Translations under genes and position numbers: made by a program
Part shown: positions 9,355-18,719 of the stretch, one piece after another
Numbering within the stretch: the first letter of the stretch is position 1
Layout: the number at the start of each line of letters is the position of its first letter
The notes under the pieces: model-generated
The model's database searches: none
Told to the model about the DNA's origin: nothing
The model's input: only the letters and a program-made list of their open reading frames with translations
DNA from: Bacteriovoracia bacterium
Lineage (GTDB): Bacteria; Bdellovibrionota; UBA1018; CAIPTA01
Reading direction: 5' to 3'
Assembly: GCA_050246755.1 (NCBI GenBank)
Contig: JBFWVL010000001.1
Location: 896,001-960,000, forward strand
Length of the DNA stretch: 64,000 bases

Positions 9355-10782
9355 ATGAAAAACGGCAAGATCATATACGACCCTCTATACGGGTTCATTC
9401 GCCTCACCGAAACCGAATACCGAATTATCCATTCTCCTTTCTACCAGCGCCTGCGTTGGATTAAGCAGCTTGGCTTTTCGAACTATATTTTTCCCGGCGC
9501 CGAACATACCCGCTTCGCCCACGCCCTCGGCGTGATGCATATGGGCGATCAGATCGTGCGCGCCATCGGCAAAGCCGTACCCGACGAAAAGCTCTTCGAC
9601 GCGAACGCACGCGATCCAGACACTCTCTTCCACAAGAACATCCGCATCTCGGCGCTCCTCCACGATATCGGCACCTTCCCTTTTTCCCATACCTGCGAAG
9701 GCGCCTATATCAAGCACGGCGATTCTTCCTATAAGCCGCAGGATCGCGGGAAGCCCCTCCCGAATAATCACGAGCATCTCGGCGCCTATATTTTAAAAAA
9801 CACGAACTACGACGGCGGAATCACCAAGATCCTGCAAGACGATGGTATCGATACCCAGGAAATTGCCCACTTCGTGAAGGGCGCCAGCAGCAGCATCCTC
9901 GGAAACCAGATTCTCCACTCGGAAGTGGATTGCGACCGCATGGACTACCTCATGCGCGATGCCTACTATACCGGGCTAAAATACGGGCAGATCGACCGCG
10001 AGTTCATCCTGCACCACATGACGGCGTTCGATACGGGCGACGGAAAACCCGGGCTCGCCATCAAGGACAATGCGCTCCACGCCGTAGAAGATTTCCTGAT
10101 CGCGCGCTTTGGCTGGTATTCGCAGGTGGTGCGCAATTCCGGCGGTGCAAAATACGATATCCTCGCCGAAACGATCACCAAGCATTTGCTCGAAAAACGC
10201 ATGATGCACCAGTTCCAGGACATCCTCGGGATGGTGGAAAAGGATCCGGAGCGCTTCTTTGGGTTCAACGATTTCTACTTCATGAATATCGTGCACCAAG
10301 CCTACCTAGATAAAACGGTGAAGAACCCAAAGATCCAGGAAATGATGAAGATGCTTCTGTTCCGCCAGAGCCCAATCGAGTACCAGCTCGCTCCCTTCGA
10401 ACACAAGCTCGTTACCCGGGACGAGGATGGCCTGCGGAAACGCGAGGCCTTAGTGAAAAAAATCCAAGAGCTCGTGAACAACTTCGAGGCCTGCATCCGC
10501 GACCACGGTGACGGCACCGAATGGCTGCTCTACGATATTCCCGACAGCGATATCGTATTCTCCCGCTCGATGAACGACATCGTACGAAAACGTACGGGCG
10601 ACAATCTCCTCCAGGAACGCGATCCCGTAAAGATCATGGACCGCCAAGGTAACGTTTCGCTTCTGATTGATAAAGAAAACTCCATTATCCGGATCCTGTC
10701 GAGCGTAGTGAACTTTATTCCCGTGCTCTATATGAATCCAGCTGCCGATAAATTACTCCGCTCGAAAGGCCTAGTAGGATGA
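9355..10782 (+). CDS. HD-domain phosphohydrolase, SAMHD1/YwfO-like dNTP triphosphohydrolase family
   Basis: DPLYGFI, QRLRWIKQLG, HTRFAHALG, LLHDIG..PFSH, HE, DCDRMDYLMRD. Confidence 0.88.
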   Translation: MKNGKIIYDPLYGFIRLTETEYRIIHSPFYQRLRWIKQLGFSNYIFPGAEHTRFAHALGVMHMGDQIVRAIGKAVPDEKLFDANARDPDTLFHKNIRISALLHDIGTFPFSHTCEGAYIKHGDSSYKPQDRGKPLPNNHEHLGAYILKNTNYDGGITKILQDDGIDTQEIAHFVKGASSSILGNQILHSEVDCDRMDYLMRDAYYTGLKYGQIDREFILHHMTAFDTGDGKPGLAIKDNALHAVEDFLIARFGWYSQVVRNSGGAKYDILAETITKHLLEKRMMHQFQDILGMVEKDPERFFGFNDFYFMNIVHQAYLDKTVKNPKIQEMMKMLLFRQSPIEYQLAPFEHKLVTRDEDGLRKREALVKKIQELVNNFEACIRDHGDGTEWLLYDIPDSDIVFSRSMNDIVRKRTGDNLLQERDPVKIMDRQGNVSLLIDKENSIIRILSSVVNFIPVLYMNPAADKLLRSKGLVG

Positions 10783-11267
10783 TCATTCAACTTGTTATCG
10801 CCCTTGCCTCTTTCACTCAAATCGCCCACGCCGAGCGCCGGGCAGAAATTTATTGCAAACCGGCCCAAAGAATCTCGGATGGCGGAAGCTACGTGGAGAT
10901 CATGGAAAAAGACGGCGTTTACCACTATACCTTCACCAAGAGCTCCTTTGCCGGGCCTAGCGTCATCGCCGATTTTCCCGTAAGCATCGAGCGCGACCTC
11001 AGCGATTCCGGCTGTGAGCTGAAAATTTTAAAGTCGGCCACCCTGGACCACCGCTTCTCGGTGATCCAGCGAAAAGGCAGCACGAAGTGGACGCTTATGC
11101 CGATCAGCGATAAGCCCAAAAGCAAAGTTTCTGAGCTCGTATGCGAAGTAAAAGCTAGCGTAAGCTGTGAGCCCGCGAAGAAAAGCTCTGCCCCGGTGAT
11201 CGTACCGCTATGTAACGACGCCAACGCCGATAGCCCGCTCTGCAGCGGCGGGGCTAGCGCGGATTAA
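10779..11267 (+). CDS. Secreted Cys-containing hypothetical protein
   Basis: ATGA overlap with the HD gene; signal peptide ending AHA; six Cys. Confidence 0.7.
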   Translation: MIIQLVIALASFTQIAHAERRAEIYCKPAQRISDGGSYVEIMEKDGVYHYTFTKSSFAGPSVIADFPVSIERDLSDSGCELKILKSATLDHRFSVIQRKGSTKWTLMPISDKPKSKVSELVCEVKASVSCEPAKKSSAPVIVPLCNDANADSPLCSGGASAD

Positions 11268-11285
11268 TAGCACCGCCAAAAACCA

Positions 11286-12113
11286 CTAATACAAACAATT
11301 AATACGATTGTAGTCGTTCTGCCCGAGCTTGCGCCGGATGAGATTCACTTCCAGGAACGGAAACATCACGGCATCGAGGTACTGGCTATTGAGGCCGGCA
11401 TTGCATGCGGGCGCGCTCGTTCCGTCCGTGGAGTCGGCAGTGGAACCATTGCAGCTGTGAAGCAAACCCAATACGTGGCCAAGCTCGTGCAGCAAAAGAC
11501 TCTCCACATCCACGCGCATTTTTCCCGGCGCATTAAATTCCTCGAAGTTCAGCAAAATACTAGAGCCCGTGATCCGTCCGCCCAGCGTGATCCAATCCGT
11601 TTGTCCCTGCACCCCAGTGGGAAGCAGGCGGCCCGGAGCCCCCGTGGAGGTAACCGCGCAAGAAGATCGGATGTTTTGGTGCGTGCCGGAGGCGGTAATT
11701 TTCCAGATACCCACCACGTCGGTGACTTGGGAAGTATAGGTCGCCTGGGAGCAATCTGATAAGGCGGGGATCTCGCGCCCAGCTTCCGTCCCGGTTCCAT
11801 CGTTGGTAATCGAGAATCCGCTGCGGCCCCGAAGATTCGCCCATCCGTTCCAAGTATTCGTAGCACTGCGGAGAGCGGGCAATATCTCGCCGTTGTCGGT
11901 CAGATAAAAATCATTGTCGAAAACCACGGGCACGGGAATCGAAGCCCAGGATCCCTGTAAGCTATTCCGTCCTTGGTCGGCCGGAAGCTGGCAATTGGTG
12001 AAATTCACGATGCGTCCCGAAGCGGAAGCGCCGGAAGGCCGCGCCGAACAGGCCGACGCCAGAACCAAGCCTAATAGAAGAATCCAAATCCGTTTGGTTG
12101 TCGTTCCGAGCAT
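11286..12113 (-). CDS. Matrixin-like (metzincin) metalloprotease lipoprotein
   Basis: HELGHVLGLLH zinc motif, Met-turn AVMFP, lipobox LASAC; ATG 12113 after GAAGGA. Confidence 0.85.
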   Translation of the reverse strand: MLGTTTKRIWILLLGLVLASACSARPSGASASGRIVNFTNCQLPADQGRNSLQGSWASIPVPVVFDNDFYLTDNGEILPALRSATNTWNGWANLRGRSGFSITNDGTGTEAGREIPALSDCSQATYTSQVTDVVGIWKITASGTHQNIRSSCAVTSTGAPGRLLPTGVQGQTDWITLGGRITGSSILLNFEEFNAPGKMRVDVESLLLHELGHVLGLLHSCNGSTADSTDGTSAPACNAGLNSQYLDAVMFPFLEVNLIRRKLGQNDYNRINCLY

Positions 12114-12312
12114 ATCCTTCGCTCCTGGCCATCCTCGGCCTCTGTTCATTTTCCGCTCCGGTAAGAATGGTGTCAATTTCCGTCGAGAAGCGGGCCGAAT
12201 TCATTCATCTTTCTCGACCTATTTACTTCTTCGGCCGAATCCAAAAAAATCTGATTCACTAGTGAATTCAATGCGTTTCCTTCCTTGCATTTCAAGGTTC
12301 AATTTGTTATTG

Positions 12313-12350
12313 AAGCCCCTGAGCTTCTCATCCGAGGGGCTTTTTCTTTT
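12313..12350 (+). promoter_or_regulatory. Terminator-like hairpin in the rimP leader (candidate attenuator)
   Basis: AAGCCCCT...AGGGGCTT followed by TTTCTTTT, about 90 nt before rimP, with no + strand gene upstream to terminate. Confidence 0.65.
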
Positions 12351-12437
12351 AGCTCGCACTAATTCTGTTCGTTCGCGCTTCGAAGGAAAAGTTCTTCGCG
12401 GGGCGAAGTTGCGAAAAAACTTAATGGAATCAATAGG

Positions 12438-12983
12438 ATGACCAACGGACCGACTTCCCTCGCGGAACGGCTCGAAAGCATAATCGCCCCCTCGGTGAAA
12501 ACCCTGGGTTATGAGCTTCTGGAACTGGAATACCAGCCCCGGACCGCTCATGGAGGCGCACTGCTTCGGCTTTTCATCGACAGTCTTTCTGGAAATCCGA
12601 TTTCGTTTGAGGATTGCGTCGCCGTAGATAATGGACTCGATCCTCTTTTCGAGAGCCCGGAATTTATTGCAATGCTTTCAGAAACTTTCACGCTGGAAGT
12701 TTCTAGTCCAGGTATCGATCGGCCGCTCAAGAAGCCCAGTGATTTCAGCCAGCATGCGGGCAAGCGAGTGCAGATCAAAACCCACCGCGCACTCACGGCG
12801 GAAGAAATGGCGAACTCGAAGTATTTCGAGCATCACCAGAAGCAGAAGAATTTTTTTGGAATTCTCCGGGGATTTTCCGGGGACTTCGTAGAAATGGAGA
12901 CGGATAACGAGCGGTTCAAGATCCCGTTTGCCCTGATAGCCAAGGCGCACCTTGATCTCACCAGCGAATTATCCGTCGATTAG
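12438..12983 (+). CDS. rimP: Ribosome maturation factor RimP
   Basis: LRLFID, EDC, LEVSSPGIDRPL; first gene of the nusA-infB operon. Confidence 0.95.
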   Translation: MTNGPTSLAERLESIIAPSVKTLGYELLELEYQPRTAHGGALLRLFIDSLSGNPISFEDCVAVDNGLDPLFESPEFIAMLSETFTLEVSSPGIDRPLKKPSDFSQHAGKRVQIKTHRALTAEEMANSKYFEHHQKQKNFFGILRGFSGDFVEMETDNERFKIPFALIAKAHLDLTSELSVD

Positions 12984-13003
12984 AAAATAGAAAAGGAATC
13001 AAC

Positions 13004-14404
13004 ATGAATTTCTCCGAACTAAGCAGAGTGATCGATGCCGTAGGCAAAGACCGTGGCATCAGCCGTGAAATCATCATCGAAGCTCTCGAACAGGCGATGC
13101 TAATGGCCGCCAAAAAGAAACTCGGCCCCACGGCGGAGCTTGAAGCTCATTGGAATAACGATTCGGGTGAAGTGGAAATTTTTCAATTTAAGCGTGTAGT
13201 AGAGAACGACGATAAAATCGCCGACGATGACCGTGAAATCGCCCTCGAAGAAGCCAAAAAGCTCGACGAAGAAGCCAAGCTGAACGACGAGCTTGGCATC
13301 AAGCTCGAGAATGTGAATTTCGGCCGCATCGATGCGGGAACCGCCCGCCAGATCATCCTGCAGAAAGTGCGCGATGCCGAGCGCGATATCATCTTCAAAG
13401 AATACATCGGCCGTAAAGGCCAGATCATCAGTGGGATCGCCCGCCGGATGGAGCGCGGAAACGTGATCGTGGATCTCGGCCGCACCGAAGCCATCATGAC
13501 CCGCCAAGGCACGATTCCCGGCGAACAGTACAAGCCAGGCGATCGCGTGCAGGCATTGCTGGAAGACGTAGCCGAATCGGCTCGCGGCCCCCAGTTGATC
13601 CTCTCGCGCACTTCGCCTAACTATCTGATCCAGCTCTTCGAAATGGAAGTACCCGAAATCGCCGAAGAAGTGGTGGAGATCCGCCTCTGCGTGCGTGAAC
13701 CAGGAGAACGCGCGAAAATCGCCGTTTACTCCAACGACCGCGACGTGGATCCGGTAGGCGCCTGCGTGGGCATGAAAGGTATCCGCGTGCAAAACGTGGT
13801 GCAAGAACTGCGCGGCGAGAAGATCGACATCATTCCGTGGAACGAAGACGTAACCGTATTCGTTCGCTCGGCACTCGCTCCCGCCGAAATTTCGATGGTA
13901 CGCGTGATTCCGGCCACCAATACTCTCGAGATCGTGGTGGAAGACGACCAGCTCTCCCTCGCCATCGGGCGCAAAGGCCAAAACGTGCGCCTTGCCTCCC
14001 AGATCACGGGCTGGAAAGTGGATATCCTCTCGAAATCGAAGCTCGATATGCGCACTAAAAATGCGATCATCAATTTACAGAATATCGAAGGCCTCAACGA
14101 AACGCTGGCGCAGTCGATCTATCAGTGTGGTTTCTTGAACGTGCTCGATCTCTCCCGCCAGCCGGTGGAAACTCTGGCCCGCATCCCCGGTTTCGATACC
14201 GAGGGCGGAGCCGCTGAGCTGAAGCGTAAGGCCGAAGCTGCCGTGCAAGCCATGGGGATGGAAGCCGCTTCCGGACGCAATGCCGACACAACTCTGCCCA
14301 CTCCCGGAAGCGCCGGAAACAAAAATGCATCACTCGCTAATGCAGATGCCCGCCTGAAAGAGGCCTTTGCTAACGCCGGTGGAGGCGAAAAAAAACCGGA
14401 GTAG
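13004..14404 (+). CDS. nusA: Transcription termination factor NusA
   Basis: FGRI, REPGERAKIAV, DPVGACVGMKG, SLAIGRKGQNVRLA. Confidence 0.98.
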   Translation: MNFSELSRVIDAVGKDRGISREIIIEALEQAMLMAAKKKLGPTAELEAHWNNDSGEVEIFQFKRVVENDDKIADDDREIALEEAKKLDEEAKLNDELGIKLENVNFGRIDAGTARQIILQKVRDAERDIIFKEYIGRKGQIISGIARRMERGNVIVDLGRTEAIMTRQGTIPGEQYKPGDRVQALLEDVAESARGPQLILSRTSPNYLIQLFEMEVPEIAEEVVEIRLCVREPGERAKIAVYSNDRDVDPVGACVGMKGIRVQNVVQELRGEKIDIIPWNEDVTVFVRSALAPAEISMVRVIPATNTLEIVVEDDQLSLAIGRKGQNVRLASQITGWKVDILSKSKLDMRTKNAIINLQNIEGLNETLAQSIYQCGFLNVLDLSRQPVETLARIPGFDTEGGAAELKRKAEAAVQAMGMEAASGRNADTTLPTPGSAGNKNASLANADARLKEAFANAGGGEKKPE

Positions 14405-14462
14405 TTGGGGCCCCTGAAGGATACCTAAACTAACGGTTTGATGGATTTGGAGATACTAGAGA

Positions 14463-17279
14463 ATGTCTGAACAACAACAAGAATCCCTGAAAGTCTTTGA
14501 GCTCGCTAAAGAGCTCGGACTGGATTCATTTACTTTGCTCGATAAACTGAAACAGATAAATATCGAAGTGAAGAGCCACATGAGCAGCCTGGCCGCCGAT
14601 CAAGCGCAGGCCATTCGTGATGCGCTAAATAAAAGCAATAAACCCGCCGCCAAAGCGGGCGCCGTTAAAAAGCGCGCTTCGGCGACTGCGCCCGCGGGCG
14701 CCGCTTCGGCCGCGAAAAAACCAACAGCGAAAAAAGCCGCCGCGGAAGAAGCGCCCAAGCCGGCAAAAACCGCAGTGGCGAAAAAAGCCGCTTCGGCGAA
14801 CGAAGAGCCTAAACGTAAAGTTATTAAGCGCCGCGTGGGCAGTGAAGGCACCGAGCCCGAAAGCACCTCCATTCCCGAGCAAGAAGCAACCGCTTCAATG
14901 GAACCGCAGGAAGAAGCCCCTGTGGCTGAAGCCGCGGCTCCCGAAATGGAAATGGCGGCTCCTGAAACCGCTCCAGCCGCCACTGAAATACCCGAAGCTC
15001 CAGCTGCCCCCGTGGCCACCGCCCCGGCTCCAGCTGCCCCCGAAGCTCCTCGCAAGCCCACGATGGATTTCACGCCTAGGATGAATGCTCCCGGCACGAA
15101 AGTTATTTTCCGCACTCCCAATCAGCACCAGCGCGTGGTGGAAAAAGATGAGCTTTCCGGCGAAGGCACTGCCCGCCGCCTAAAAATCATTCAGGCTGCT
15201 CCTCCGGTAGTTCCCGGAAGCCGCCCCAGTGCTCCCACCTACCGTACTCCCGGTGGCCCGGCGGCCAATCGCCCTCGTCCGCCCGGATCTGCTCCCCAGC
15301 AAACTTCTGCCGAAGGCACGGACATGTTCCGGCCCATGACTTCTTATACGGCGAAGGAAGAAGAAGGCAAAAACAAGCGCGGCGGTAATACCACCCGCGG
15401 CCCTACTCCCGAAGAAATCAGAATCTCCGATTTCCGTAAACGCGAGCTCGTGTTTCAGCCGAAACGCAAAAAGTTGCCTCCCGGCAAGCAAGTGAAGCAG
15501 ACGGAGATCACCGAAATGGCGGCTCATAAAAAGAAGATCCGCATGGAAGACAGAATCATCGTTTCCGAGCTCGCTCAGCGTATGGGCGAAAAAGGTAACG
15601 ATGTAATGAAGAAGCTCGTGCAGCTCGGCGTGATGGCCGGGCTAAATCAAGCAATCGATTTCGATACCGCCACCTTGATCGCTCAAGAATTTGGCTGGGA
15701 AGTAGAAAACGTTGCCTTCAACGAAGCCGAAATCCTTAAAGCGGAAGAGTCTTCAGACCGGTTTGTTCTGCGTCCGCCGATCATTACCGTGATGGGACAC
15801 GTGGATCACGGGAAGACCTCTCTCCTCGATGCTATCCGCAAAGCCGACGTAGCCGCCGGTGAAGCCGGTGGAATTACCCAACATATCGGCGCCTATTCCG
15901 TGATGATCAACGGCAAGCCGATCACCTTCCTCGATACCCCCGGCCACGAAGCCTTCGCGAACATGCGTTCGCGCGGCGCCACGGTGACCGACATCGTAGT
16001 GCTGGTGGTAGCGGCCGACGATTCGATCATGCCGCAAACCAAGGAAGCGATTCAGCACGCGATCAACGCAAAAGTTCCGATCATCGTGGCCGCCAATAAA
16101 ATGGATAAGCCAGATGCGAATGTGGAACGTCTGAAAAAAGATCTCTCGGCCAATAACGTGCTGGTGGAAGAATGGGGCGGGGAAGTTCCCCTCGTTCCAA
16201 TTTCGGCGCTGAAGAAAACCGGGATCGAAGATTTGCTCGCCACCATTCAGATTCAGGCTGAGGTTCTCGATCTTAAGGCCGATCCGGAGCGTGCCGCCGA
16301 GGGAATTATCCTCGAAGCCCGCATGGAAAAAGGCCGCGGAATCGTGGCCGACCTTCTCGTGAAAAAAGGCACCCTTCGCAACGGCGACTTCATGGTAGTC
16401 GGTACCGCCTACGGGCGCATTCGCGCCATGATGAACGACCGTGGCCAGAACATCACCGAAGTTGCCCCAGGATTTCCTGCGGAAATTTACGGCTTGAACG
16501 ACATCCCCTCCGCCGGCGATTCTTTTAACGTGGTGAAAGACGAGTCTGCCGCAAAAGAAATTTCTGAAGATCGCCGCAAAAAAGCGCTTGAGAAAAAGAC
16601 GGCCGCAACCGTGGCCAAACCTCTCACGATGGAAGAGCTCCTCGCAAAGATGCCGGTCAAAGGCATGAAGGAGCTTAACGTGCTCGTGAAAGCCGATGTG
16701 TACGGATCTGCCGAAGCCATTCGCGAATCGATCGAGAAGATCAAGAGCGACAAAGTAAAAGCGAAGGTAATCCAATGCGGAGTGGGCGTGATCAATGAAA
16801 ACGACGTGAATATGGCGAAAACCGCCAACGCGCTGATCATTGGCTTCAACTCCAAGCCCGACGGTAAGGCGCGGGACGTGGCCAAGCGTGAAAAAGTGGA
16901 AGTGCACCACTATTCGATCATCTACCAGCTGCTCGACCAAGTTCGCGAATCGATGGAAAATCTGCTTGAGCCTATCCGCCGCGAGACCCAGATCGGTAAG
17001 GCGGAGGTGAAGCAAGTGTTCACTGTTTCCAAACTTGGCACCGTAGCCGGATCCGTAGTGGTAGACGGCAAAGTGGTCCGCAACTCTTTCGCCCGCGTGA
17101 TGCGCGGAAAAGATATCGTGGCCGAAGGCAAAGTCGTTTCTCTGCGCCGGTTCAAAGACGACGCTTCGGAAACCATCAAGGGCCAGGAGTGCGGTATTGG
17201 CGTGGAGAACTTCGAGAAGTTCCTTCCTAACGACATAATCAATGTCTACAACGTGGAGCTCGTGAAGCAGACGCTCTAG
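14463..17279 (+). CDS. infB: Translation initiation factor IF-2
   Basis: [35 protein letters not shown]; long Ala/Pro/Lys-rich N-terminal region. Confidence 0.98.
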   Translation: MSEQQQESLKVFELAKELGLDSFTLLDKLKQINIEVKSHMSSLAADQAQAIRDALNKSNKPAAKAGAVKKRASATAPAGAASAAKKPTAKKAAAEEAPKPAKTAVAKKAASANEEPKRKVIKRRVGSEGTEPESTSIPEQEATASMEPQEEAPVAEAAAPEMEMAAPETAPAATEIPEAPAAPVATAPAPAAPEAPRKPTMDFTPRMNAPGTKVIFRTPNQHQRVVEKDELSGEGTARRLKIIQAAPPVVPGSRPSAPTYRTPGGPAANRPRPPGSAPQQTSAEGTDMFRPMTSYTAKEEEGKNKRGGNTTRGPTPEEIRISDFRKRELVFQPKRKKLPPGKQVKQTEITEMAAHKKKIRMEDRIIVSELAQRMGEKGNDVMKKLVQLGVMAGLNQAIDFDTATLIAQEFGWEVENVAFNEAEILKAEESSDRFVLRPPIITVMGHVDHGKTSLLDAIRKADVAAGEAGGITQHIGAYSVMINGKPITFLDTPGHEAFANMRSRGATVTDIVVLVVAADDSIMPQTKEAIQHAINAKVPIIVAANKMDKPDANVERLKKDLSANNVLVEEWGGEVPLVPISALKKTGIEDLLATIQIQAEVLDLKADPERAAEGIILEARMEKGRGIVADLLVKKGTLRNGDFMVVGTAYGRIRAMMNDRGQNITEVAPGFPAEIYGLNDIPSAGDSFNVVKDESAAKEISEDRRKKALEKKTAATVAKPLTMEELLAKMPVKGMKELNVLVKADVYGSAEAIRESIEKIKSDKVKAKVIQCGVGVINENDVNMAKTANALIIGFNSKPDGKARDVAKREKVEVHHYSIIYQLLDQVRESMENLLEPIRRETQIGKAEVKQVFTVSKLGTVAGSVVVDGKVVRNSFARVMRGKDIVAEGKVVSLRRFKDDASETIKGQECGIGVENFEKFLPNDIINVYNVELVKQTL

Positions 17280-17310
17280 TAACGAGCGGCAACCTTGTAC
17301 GTGATTTCCC

Positions 17311-17784
17311 ATGCCGGATCCGAATCGCCGAAATAAGCAGGTAGCTAACGCCATCCGTGAGGAGCTCGTTAAAATCGCCCGCCAGGATATCAGTGATCCC
17401 CGCCTAGAACGCGTGGGCATGATCACTTTTTCCGGCGTGGAACTTACGCCCGATCTGCGCAATGCCACGGTTTGGGTTTCTTTCATGGGGCGCGAACAAA
17501 AAGATCCCGACGTAAAAGCCGCCCTCGCCGCCCTCGAAAGCGCCAACGGCTTCATCCACCGCCTGCTGATCAAGCGTATTCCGATGAAGATGCATCCTCA
17601 TCTACATTTCAAATTCGATAAGATCTTTGATCGCGCGGCCACCGTAAATGAAGCGCTGTCGGAAGCCGCTGGGCTGGAAAAAGAAACCTCCGCCTACCGA
17701 AAAGAAAAGGGCGATCCTGCCGAAGGCATTCAGCCCGTTTATCGCAAGAAAAAGGGCGCGCCCGAAGAGAAAGACGGCGAATGA
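17311..17784 (+). CDS. rbfA: Ribosome-binding factor A
   Basis: SDPRL, DLRNATVW, PHLHFKFD; lies between infB and truB. Confidence 0.93.
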   Translation: MPDPNRRNKQVANAIREELVKIARQDISDPRLERVGMITFSGVELTPDLRNATVWVSFMGREQKDPDVKAALAALESANGFIHRLLIKRIPMKMHPHLHFKFDKIFDRAATVNEALSEAAGLEKETSAYRKEKGDPAEGIQPVYRKKKGAPEEKDGE

Positions 17785-18707
17785 GCCTCTCCCTTCGTTC
17801 CGGCGTGCTCCTCGTGGATAAACCCGCGGGCATGAGCTCCGCCGACGTGACTAATCAGATCAAGAGAAAGCATAAATTTGCCCGCATCGGCCATGGCGGC
17901 ACCCTTGATCCCTTTGCCACCGGGCTCCTAGTAGTTTTACTCGGCGAAGCAACGAAAGTGGCGCGCTTTCTTCTCGAAGGCGAAAAGGAATACGAGGCAG
18001 AAGCTCAGATCGGCAGCGAAACGGCCACCGGCGATCCCGAAGGTGAAGTAATTGCCACCGCGGAAGTTCCGAGTCTTGATCAGGCCGCATGGCAAACCCT
18101 CACCGAACCATTCTTGGGCCGCATTACCCAAACCCCGCCGATTTATTCCGCCATCAAAGTAAAGGGAAAGCCGCTCTACGAGTATGCCCGCAAGGGCGAA
18201 GCCGTGGAAGCCAAGCCACGGGAAGTATTCGTGCGGGAAATTGAAATCCAAGAGGCCGAAAAAAATAGGCTCCGGTTTCGCGTACAGTGCGGAGGCGGAA
18301 CCTATATTCGCGTGCTCGCCGTAGACTTGGCGCGGGCCGCTGGTACCTGCGCCCATCTCATCTCGCTTCGCCGTATTGGCTCCTCCTCTTTCCGTGTAAG
18401 CGATGCCCTCTCTCTTCAGCAGGTTCTCGATACCGCTACGGACGAGCTCAAGCTTCAGGGAATCACCCAGGCCGTTTCGCATTTACCAAAAATCGTCTGC
18501 GATAGCGGCGCAGCTCAAAGAATTCGCCAAGGAAACCTCGCGGCCTTTGATTTCCTCAAGAATCAGCTCGAAAAGCCCGGTTATTTCCTTGTGGCCACGC
18601 GCGAAGGCGAAACCGAAGTGCCCGTGGCGATTGCCAATCACAACCCCATGCTGATTCCCTTCTGTTCGATCGAAAGAGTTTTTGACCCGCTTCACTGGCG
18701 GACGTAA
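17781..18707 (+). CDS. truB: tRNA pseudouridine(55) synthase
   Basis: DKPAG, GHGGTLDPFATGLL, PPIYSAIKVKG, GTYIR. Confidence 0.97.
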   Translation: MSLSLRSGVLLVDKPAGMSSADVTNQIKRKHKFARIGHGGTLDPFATGLLVVLLGEATKVARFLLEGEKEYEAEAQIGSETATGDPEGEVIATAEVPSLDQAAWQTLTEPFLGRITQTPPIYSAIKVKGKPLYEYARKGEAVEAKPREVFVREIEIQEAEKNRLRFRVQCGGGTYIRVLAVDLARAAGTCAHLISLRRIGSSSFRVSDALSLQQVLDTATDELKLQGITQAVSHLPKIVCDSGAAQRIRQGNLAAFDFLKNQLEKPGYFLVATREGETEVPVAIANHNPMLIPFCSIERVFDPLHWRT

Positions 18708-18719
18708 AATTCACAGAAC

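Noticed and set aside
15753-17573. 606-aa ORF antisense to infB/rbfA
   Set aside because: Shadow ORF expected from biased codon usage of a highly expressed gene; no motifs or start signals.
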